From positions 29,032-93,031 of the forward strand of contig JADGDE010000005.1 in the NCBI GenBank assembly GCA_016745035.1: a stretch of 64,000 bases of DNA. The letters run 5' to 3'. Position numbers and translations under genes: made by a program. This stretch comes from Thiotrichales bacterium (GTDB lineage: Bacteria; Pseudomonadota; Gammaproteobacteria; Beggiatoales; Beggiatoaceae). Shown here in pieces: positions 57,926 to 64,000 of this stretch (within the stretch, counting starts at the first letter, position 1; each line of letters opens with the position of its first letter). The notes below the pieces were generated by a model. It was not told the DNA's origin. It did no database searches and saw only the letters and a program-made list of their open reading frames with translations.

Positions 57926-60663
57926 GCATGGCACAACTTCGACAATTATTTGTCATGGAAAGCAGCGAAACTTTGCAAAAAATGGAAGATGCGCTGCTGC
58001 AATTAGAAGACAAGCCCGATGATCAAGAAGCTTTGAATGTGATTTTTCGGGCAATTCACACTATCAAAGGCTCAGCAGGCATTGTCAATTTGGGGTATAT
58101 CTCAGATTTTGCTCATAAAATTGAAAATGTCTTAGATAAACTGCGCAAACAACAACTGATCATCAACTCCCCTCTGATCAAGCTGTTATTGGATTGTGAG
58201 GATCATTTACAAAATTTATTTGATGCCTCGGTTTCTGATAACCCTGAGGAAGACACCGCAGCCCTTGTTGATAAAACCAGCGCCTTAGAACAGCAATTCA
58301 GTGATGTATTGGCAGGTAAAGCGCCGATGTCTGAATCTACACCGACACCCAAAACAGAAGCCGCTAGCAACGAGAACGATATTGTTCGCGAACAGCCCAG
58401 CGCGCAAGTGGTGGGGAATGAAACGGAAACCTTGGAGGGCAATGCAGAACTTCACGCCAGCAGCCAATACTGGCATCTGTCTTTACGCTTTCACCAAGAT
58501 GCCTATCAACAGGGCGTTGATCCTTTATCGACACTGGGTTATTTAAAAAGCCAAGGCAAAATCATCGCCTTAAGCACAATTGTTAGCCAAATGCCCGCCG
58601 CAGCTCAAATGAACCCTGAATATTGTTATTTGGGTTTTGAAATGGTTTTTGATGCCGAAAACGAATATGTCGAGAAAAAGCATATTGAAAGCCTCTTTGA
58701 GCTAATTTTAGGCAATTGTGATGTGCGCATCTTGCCGCCAAGTGACAAACTCAAACATTATGTGCAATTGCTGCAAGAGTTGCCTGAAGATACGCAAATG
58801 CTTGGCGAAGTTCTGGTGCAAATTGGTACATTGAGCGAGCATGAATTAGCCCAAGGTTTAAATATTAGCCCCAGCGCTGCTCCTCCCGCTGCACCTGTTG
58901 TTGAGCCAGCAGTGCCTACGGCGGTGACATTGGAACCTATGGTAGCTGAGGTCAGCACGCCAGCAACACCAGCCACCAGTCTCAAAACCACTGCAAGCAA
59001 ACCTCAAGTACAAGCAACGCTGAAAATTGAGGCGGAAAAGCTTGACCAACTACTCAACCAAGTCGGGGAGTTGGTCATTGCTAACGCTCAAATCCAAGCC
59101 TTATTAGACGAAGATCCGCAATATCATGAGAATAATAATCTGCGCGAATCGGTGCAGTTTATTTCTCGTTTAGTTGAAGATATTCGTAACAGTAGCCTCA
59201 GTATGCGTATGGTGCAAATTGGGCAGTCTTTTAATCGGCTCCGGCGCTTAGTGCATGACCTCAGTCAAAGCTTGGGCAAGCAAGTCGAGTTATTAATCAG
59301 TGGTGCAGATACCGAGCTAGATAAAAGCATGGTAGAAAAAATCCACGATCCGCTGGTACACCTGATTCGCAATGCCATTGACCACGGCATCGAAACCATT
59401 GCCGAGCGCTCAGGCAATGGCAAATCTGAAAAAGGGCATATTTATCTTAATGCCTATCATGAATCCGGCAGCATTGTTATTGAAGTCAGTGATGATGGGC
59501 GTGGCTTAAATCGTGAACAAATCCTCGAAAAAGCCAAAGCCAAAGGGCTGGTGGAAGAAAACGCCGAATTAAGCGATCAAGCCATTGATAATTTAATTTT
59601 TGAACCGGGTTTATCGACCAGCAACGCGGTGACCGATGTCTCCGGGCGCGGTGTGGGCATGGATGTGGTCAAACGTAATCTGCAAAGCCTCAATGGTAAA
59701 GTCAGTATTTACAGCGAAACCAACCAAGGCACACGGGTTAAAATTCATTTTCCTTTAACACTGGTGATTATTGATGGTTTTCTGGTTAATAGTGGTGATT
59801 CGGTTTATGTGATTCCGCTCGATAGTGTGGTCGAATGTGCCGAGTTTAAAACTGACGAGGAGAACCCCGGTTATATTAAATTGCGCTCCAAGGCCTTGCC
59901 GTTACTCTACCTTGACCGCCTGTTTAATAACCCTAAACAAGATAAACCGCGCCAGCATGTGATTGTGGTGCAATACGGCGGACAAGAAATCGGGCTGGTG
60001 GTTGATGGTATTCAAGGCGAATTTCAAGCGGTGATTAAACCATTGGGGCCTTTATTTGAAAATCTCGCTGGCATCAATGGGGCGACCGTGCTCGGTAATG
60101 GTGAGGTTGCTTTGATTCTTGATGTGGCGGCTCTGGTCGATAAACTCGGGCAACAGCAGCACCATAATCTGCCACAAAATTTCCATGAGGAAGAGCAACA
60201 AGAAACCTTACATAGTTATCTGATTTTCAGTATTGAACAAACTTATTATGCTTTGTCTATCCGCATGGTTAAACAAGTCTTGGTCGGAGAACATCTGGCT
60301 GGTGCGCCTGCTATGCCCGATTTTATTGCGGGCTTATTAACACTGGAACATCACAGTTTTCCCGTTTTGGATTTATTACATTATTTTCAGGTCAAACCGC
60401 AAGCATATAACCAAGAAAGCAGTATCGTGGTTTTGTCGCGTCAAGATGAGGAGCAACAACGTTTATTGGGTCTTAAGGTGCAACACTTGCATCAGGTGAT
60501 TAGCTTAAATGAAAGCGAAATTGATAGCCCTAATGAGCAAGGGGTGCAACAGCATGATTATTTTGTCGCGGGTATCAGTGAATTTAAACAGCATAGCTTA
60601 CTGATTTTAGATGTCGATAAATTGTTAGAACGCCCCGATTTACGCTTTTTACAAACGGTATAA
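57922..60663 (+). CDS. cheA: Chemotaxis histidine kinase CheA with a second, fused CheW-like domain
   Basis: Hpt (HTIKGSAG), an AP-rich linker, dimerisation and HATPase domains (GHIYLNAYHESGSIVIEVSDDGRGL; GRGVGMDVV), a P5 CheW-like domain, then an additional C-terminal CheW-like domain. No receiver domain. Confidence 0.8.
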   Translation: MSMAQLRQLFVMESSETLQKMEDALLQLEDKPDDQEALNVIFRAIHTIKGSAGIVNLGYISDFAHKIENVLDKLRKQQLIINSPLIKLLLDCEDHLQNLFDASVSDNPEEDTAALVDKTSALEQQFSDVLAGKAPMSESTPTPKTEAASNENDIVREQPSAQVVGNETETLEGNAELHASSQYWHLSLRFHQDAYQQGVDPLSTLGYLKSQGKIIALSTIVSQMPAAAQMNPEYCYLGFEMVFDAENEYVEKKHIESLFELILGNCDVRILPPSDKLKHYVQLLQELPEDTQMLGEVLVQIGTLSEHELAQGLNISPSAAPPAAPVVEPAVPTAVTLEPMVAEVSTPATPATSLKTTASKPQVQATLKIEAEKLDQLLNQVGELVIANAQIQALLDEDPQYHENNNLRESVQFISRLVEDIRNSSLSMRMVQIGQSFNRLRRLVHDLSQSLGKQVELLISGADTELDKSMVEKIHDPLVHLIRNAIDHGIETIAERSGNGKSEKGHIYLNAYHESGSIVIEVSDDGRGLNREQILEKAKAKGLVEENAELSDQAIDNLIFEPGLSTSNAVTDVSGRGVGMDVVKRNLQSLNGKVSIYSETNQGTRVKIHFPLTLVIIDGFLVNSGDSVYVIPLDSVVECAEFKTDEENPGYIKLRSKALPLLYLDRLFNNPKQDKPRQHVIVVQYGGQEIGLVVDGIQGEFQAVIKPLGPLFENLAGINGATVLGNGEVALILDVAALVDKLGQQQHHNLPQNFHEEEQQETLHSYLIFSIEQTYYALSIRMVKQVLVGEHLAGAPAMPDFIAGLLTLEHHSFPVLDLLHYFQVKPQAYNQESSIVVLSRQDEEQQRLLGLKVQHLHQVISLNESEIDSPNEQGVQQHDYFVAGISEFKQHSLLILDVDKLLERPDLRFLQTV

Positions 60664-60682
60664 CCCCTCAAAGGATACATAT

Positions 60683-61240
60683 ATGACAGCGATAGACTAT
60701 GGCCCTTTAAACGCTCTTATTGGTAAATGGCAAGGTGACAAAGGCACAGACATCGCCCCCGAACCCGATGGCACAGAAAACAATCCCTATTATGAAACCA
60801 TCGTCTTTAGCGCTATCGGGGATGTGTGTAACGCTGAATCGCAAACCCTGGCCGTTTTACATTATCGCCAAATTGTTCGCCGTCACAGCGATGACAAAGT
60901 TTTTCATGATGAAACTGGCTATTGGCACTGGGATGCCGAGCGTCAGCTCGTGATGCAATCACTAACGATTCCTCGCGGAACCAGCTTGATTGCTGGTGGC
61001 AACTATCAAGATCAAACCGATGCACAAGGGCGAGTTGCGATTCATGTCGAAGCCGCTGAAGATAACCCCGACTGGACCATCAGCCAAGCACCATTTATGC
61101 GTGATAATGCCCGCACTTATGCTTTTAGCCATGATTTATTTGTCGATGCTGAGCATTTATCCTATCAGCAAAGTATTCATCTGGATATTTACGGCAAAAC
61201 CTTTGAGCACAGCGATAAAAATAGCCTACAACGCTGCTAG
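60683..61240 (+). CDS. Nitrobindin-like heme-binding beta-barrel protein (DUF1794 family)
   Basis: 185 aa. LIGKWQGDKGTDI...YETIVFS...HYRQIV..H....FHDETGYWHWD pattern of the THAP4/nitrobindin fatty-acid-binding-protein-like family. Tentative. Confidence 0.45.
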   Translation: MTAIDYGPLNALIGKWQGDKGTDIAPEPDGTENNPYYETIVFSAIGDVCNAESQTLAVLHYRQIVRRHSDDKVFHDETGYWHWDAERQLVMQSLTIPRGTSLIAGGNYQDQTDAQGRVAIHVEAAEDNPDWTISQAPFMRDNARTYAFSHDLFVDAEHLSYQQSIHLDIYGKTFEHSDKNSLQRC

Positions 61241-61242
61241 CT

Positions 61243-62100
61243 GTGTCCGAGCTTTATCAATCCCAATTCAAGGCAATGGGTTGCCCTTGTGCTTTGCACC
61301 TCTACTGCGACAGTGCTCAGCAGTGGCAAAGTTTAGAAGCGGATTTACGTACAGAAATTGAGCGCTTAGAGCAAAAATATTCCCGTTATCGCCCTGAGAG
61401 TTTTCTTAGCCAAATCAACTTACAAGCAGGCAGCAAGCACGGCATTAAAGTCGATCAAGAAACAGCGGCGTTATTAAATTATGCCGAACAATGTTATCAA
61501 CAAAGTGATGGCTTATTTGATATTAGTGCGGGCATATTACAAACCCTGTGGGATTTTAAAACCGCCACGCCACCTGCACCAGAAGCCCTAAAAGCAACAT
61601 TATTGCGCGTGGGCTGGGAAAAAGTTCGCTGGCAAGCGCCTTATTTATCGTTACCCAAAGGCATGAGTCTTGATTTTGGTGGTATTGTTAAAGAATACGC
61701 GGTGGATAGCGTCGCAGAACGTTGTCTAAATCACGGTATTAGCGCGGGTTTGATTGATTTGGGCGGTGATATACGTGCTATTGGCGCACATCCTGATGGG
61801 CAAGATTGGCAAATAGGCATACGCCACCCACGCAAAGCCGATGCCTTACTGGGTGAAATTGCCCTAAATACGGGCGCATTGGCAAGTAGTGGCGATTATG
61901 AGCGCTATTTTATCCATCAGGGCAAGCGTTATAGTCATTTACTCAACCCCAAAAGCGGCTATCCTGTTGAAGGGCTTGCAGCGGTGAGTGTTGCAGCGGA
62001 TTTATGCGTGGTCGCAGGCAGTGCGGCAACCATTGCCATGCTCAAAGGCAACAGCGGGCAAGCTTGGTTGGATGCGCAAGGTTTTAAGTATTTAAGCTGA
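61243..62100 (+). CDS. apbE: FAD:protein FMN transferase (ApbE family)
   Basis: LDFGGIVKEYAVD and SSGDYERYF motifs conserved in ApbE. No signal peptide. Confidence 0.75.
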   Translation: MSELYQSQFKAMGCPCALHLYCDSAQQWQSLEADLRTEIERLEQKYSRYRPESFLSQINLQAGSKHGIKVDQETAALLNYAEQCYQQSDGLFDISAGILQTLWDFKTATPPAPEALKATLLRVGWEKVRWQAPYLSLPKGMSLDFGGIVKEYAVDSVAERCLNHGISAGLIDLGGDIRAIGAHPDGQDWQIGIRHPRKADALLGEIALNTGALASSGDYERYFIHQGKRYSHLLNPKSGYPVEGLAAVSVAADLCVVAGSAATIAMLKGNSGQAWLDAQGFKYLS

Positions 62101-62122
62101 GCCTACTCAAACGGAGAATATT

Positions 62123-62902
62123 ATGTATCGTTTTATATTAATCAGTTTTATCGTTCTACTCAGTGCTTGTCAGCAAAACCCACCGAAACCAGACATTGAT
62201 GCCCCGCCTGCGATCACAGAAGCAGCAAAACTACATCTGATAGGTAAAATAATTTGGGCTGAGGATGATGCTGCGATTGCCTTTCATTTGCAAGAAGCCG
62301 AGGGCTATCAACTCTACATCGAAGGCATGGAAGACGAGGGTAAACGCCAAGCTTTAGGTAAACCCAGCCCGCACAAACCCTTGGCGTGGTATTTTATGCG
62401 CAAACAAGGCTATGTCTTGCGTAAAAGCCAAGATGATAAGGGACGCTTTTATTTTGACCGCATTGATTTACAAGGCAATGAAATTACCGTGTTAGAACTA
62501 CTGCCCCCAGTATTGGAGTGCCCACAGCCCGTATTGGAACCTAACATCCTACCGTCCAGCAATGGGCGCTATTTAGCTTTCAGTTACTATAGCGATTGCG
62601 ATACCTTACAACTGGATTTCTTACGCGCTCGAAGCCTTGCCAGTACGGCAAATTATAGCCTCAATGTCCAAGCCAGCAGTTTGCATTGGCAAGAAAAAGA
62701 TTTGATTATTACCGATGCAGAGGAGCAAATGGCATGGCGGGCGCAGCGCCGGGTTGCCCCAGAAGCAGTGGCTTATCCATCCTGCGTTTTGCCAGAAACC
62801 AGCAGCAGTTATCAGTCCAGCCAAGGGGAAATTGCGATTTTAGATGCAACTGGCGTGCTGAGTTTTTCCAGCGCTGAACCCTGGTGTGAACAGGCGGAAT
62901 GA
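62123..62902 (+). CDS. Lipoprotein of unknown function
   Basis: Lipobox LLSAC. Contains a TolB/PD40-like SSNGRYLAFSY motif. Confidence 0.45.
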   Translation: MYRFILISFIVLLSACQQNPPKPDIDAPPAITEAAKLHLIGKIIWAEDDAAIAFHLQEAEGYQLYIEGMEDEGKRQALGKPSPHKPLAWYFMRKQGYVLRKSQDDKGRFYFDRIDLQGNEITVLELLPPVLECPQPVLEPNILPSSNGRYLAFSYYSDCDTLQLDFLRARSLASTANYSLNVQASSLHWQEKDLIITDAEEQMAWRAQRRVAPEAVAYPSCVLPETSSSYQSSQGEIAILDATGVLSFSSAEPWCEQAE

Positions 62903-63435
62903 CGCGTCCGCTATTAATTTTAGAATCGCCTTGGTACAGCGAGCAAAACCTCTCTACTAGGCGTTTATACCAAGGCGCAACACAAGCCTATAGCCGTGAC
63001 TTTAGCCCCGCGCCCGACTTGCTACGCATCAGCCGTTTGGCACAATATAGCGCTGTATTGGTGTTAAGTGGGCATGGGGAATTACACCAAGGGCGGCGTT
63101 TATTGCTCACAGAACAAGGCTATGTCAACATTGAATCTTACTTAAAACAAATTCCTGTGCCCTTAAATAAGCTCGCGCTGATCTTGGATGCTTGTCATAT
63201 TGCCCATGCACCGGAGCAATTACGGGCGAGTTTAGGTCTACAAGCGGTGATCGGTTTTTCTAAACAAGTCAATTGGCACGCCTCCAGCGTTTTAATGCTG
63301 GCTTTATTGCGACGCTTGCAACAACTCAAACCGCATCAAGATGCAGCGCTGCTTGCACACATGGCAAGCGGGGAATATTTACACCTGTTCCAGCGGTTGG
63401 GCTTGGTGTGGTCGATTAAACAGCCCCATTTTTAA
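62899..63435 (+). CDS. Small caspase/metacaspase-like (peptidase C14-fold) protein
   Basis: 178 aa. VLVLSGHG (His) and LILDACHIA (Cys) have the spacing and order of the caspase catalytic dyad (metacaspase motifs YSGHG / DSCHSG). The ATGA start overlaps the lipoprotein gene's stop. Confidence 0.45.
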   Translation: MTRPLLILESPWYSEQNLSTRRLYQGATQAYSRDFSPAPDLLRISRLAQYSAVLVLSGHGELHQGRRLLLTEQGYVNIESYLKQIPVPLNKLALILDACHIAHAPEQLRASLGLQAVIGFSKQVNWHASSVLMLALLRRLQQLKPHQDAALLAHMASGEYLHLFQRLGLVWSIKQPHF

Positions 63436-63970
63436 CACATAAAAAATTCTCAAACATTGGGCGCTGATAACCTTGCGCTTGGCATTTGTCGGTCACATAT
63501 TGCACGATGTCTAGCATACTGTGGTTCGCCATGTGTTCGCGCAAGTAGCTCAATGCCTCATCCAAATATTGATTAATAATCTCCACTTGAGCAATAAGGG
63601 CATTTATATCTAAAACCGTATTTAAGTCTTCAATGCTATAGATTTCAAAGCCCCAAGCCTGTAACAGACGCAAATAATCAGCAGCATCATTGCCCGCCTC
63701 TTTCATCGCTGCTGGTGAAAATTCGGTGAGTAAATAGAGTTTGTCTTGGGTGGCAATCAGTTTTTCCATTCCCAAAATCGCTTGATATTCAAAGCCCTCA
63801 ATATCCATTTTTATCCAATCAACTTGAGGGAAATGCCCCGCAAAATAATCATCCAAGCGGCTGACTTTGATGTCAACTTGGCGCTGGCATAATAGCGAAG
63901 GATAGGCCCGGTGCATCCCACCGTTATCATCACAAAGATGCAGCGTTGTTGTGCCGTTATAGTTCGCCAA
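63416..63970 (-). CDS. FkbM-family SAM-dependent methyltransferase (C-terminal part; the ORF is still open at the last ORF-track coordinate, so the N-terminus may lie beyond the window)
   Basis: IKMDIEGFEYQAILGM motif typical of the FkbM family. The ORF is still open at the last coordinate given in the track. Confidence 0.6.
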   Translation of the reverse strand: MANYNGTTTLHLCDDNGGMHRAYPSLLCQRQVDIKVSRLDDYFAGHFPQVDWIKMDIEGFEYQAILGMEKLIATQDKLYLLTEFSPAAMKEAGNDAADYLRLLQAWGFEIYSIEDLNTVLDINALIAQVEIINQYLDEALSYLREHMANHSMLDIVQYVTDKCQAQGYQRPMFENFLCVKNGAV

Positions 63971-64000
63971 ACCTTGATTGATAGCTTGGATATGAGTAAA

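Noticed and set aside
1-64000. CRISPR arrays, tRNA/rRNA genes, integrase or transposase genes
   Set aside because: A scan for regularly spaced direct repeats, the tRNA T-loop consensus (GGTTCGAATCC-like), and transposase or integrase-like ORFs found none. The repeat elements present are short, non-coding and non-autonomous.

Overview
This window looks like a gammaproteobacterial chromosome segment of about 47-48 % GC. The phylum call rests on gene content and synteny: mutS, fabI, aspS, pyrF, gltA, ruvA, zipA, slt, wecB, metXW, rne and a cheA-type kinase. The order Thiotrichales (filamentous sulfur oxidisers) is a guess from the repeat richness and the signalling gene content, not a demonstrated result. 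The housekeeping genes are interrupted by several accessory insertions. First, a hemerythrin-GGDEF-EAL protein sits upstream of a two-partner-secretion (TPS)-domain, filamentous-haemagglutinin-like giant protein whose stop overlaps the start of a BvgS-like hybrid sensor kinase with multiple Venus-flytrap (VFT) periplasmic domains. Second, a secreted protein built from three tandem ~165-aa repeats lies convergent to a frameshifted Eco57I-type N6-adenine methyltransferase. Third, a NorD/CbbO-like von Willebrand factor A (VWA) protein has no MoxR ATPase partner. Fourth, a ricin-B-lectin/SCP-PR1 fusion gene is tightly boxed in by miniature inverted-repeat (MITE)-like elements. Fifth, an AT-rich islet between metW and rne carries a secreted lectin-like protein. 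Sixth, the operon cheA/cheW fusion, nitrobindin-like protein, apbE, lipoprotein ends in a 178-aa protein with a caspase/metacaspase His-Cys dyad. At least three families of short inverted-repeat intergenic elements recur through the window. Family A (about 65-135 bp, terminal inverted repeat ACTGATGTTACGC) has 5-6 copies, and two of them overlap the stop codons of upstream genes. I found no rRNA, tRNA or CRISPR array by eye.
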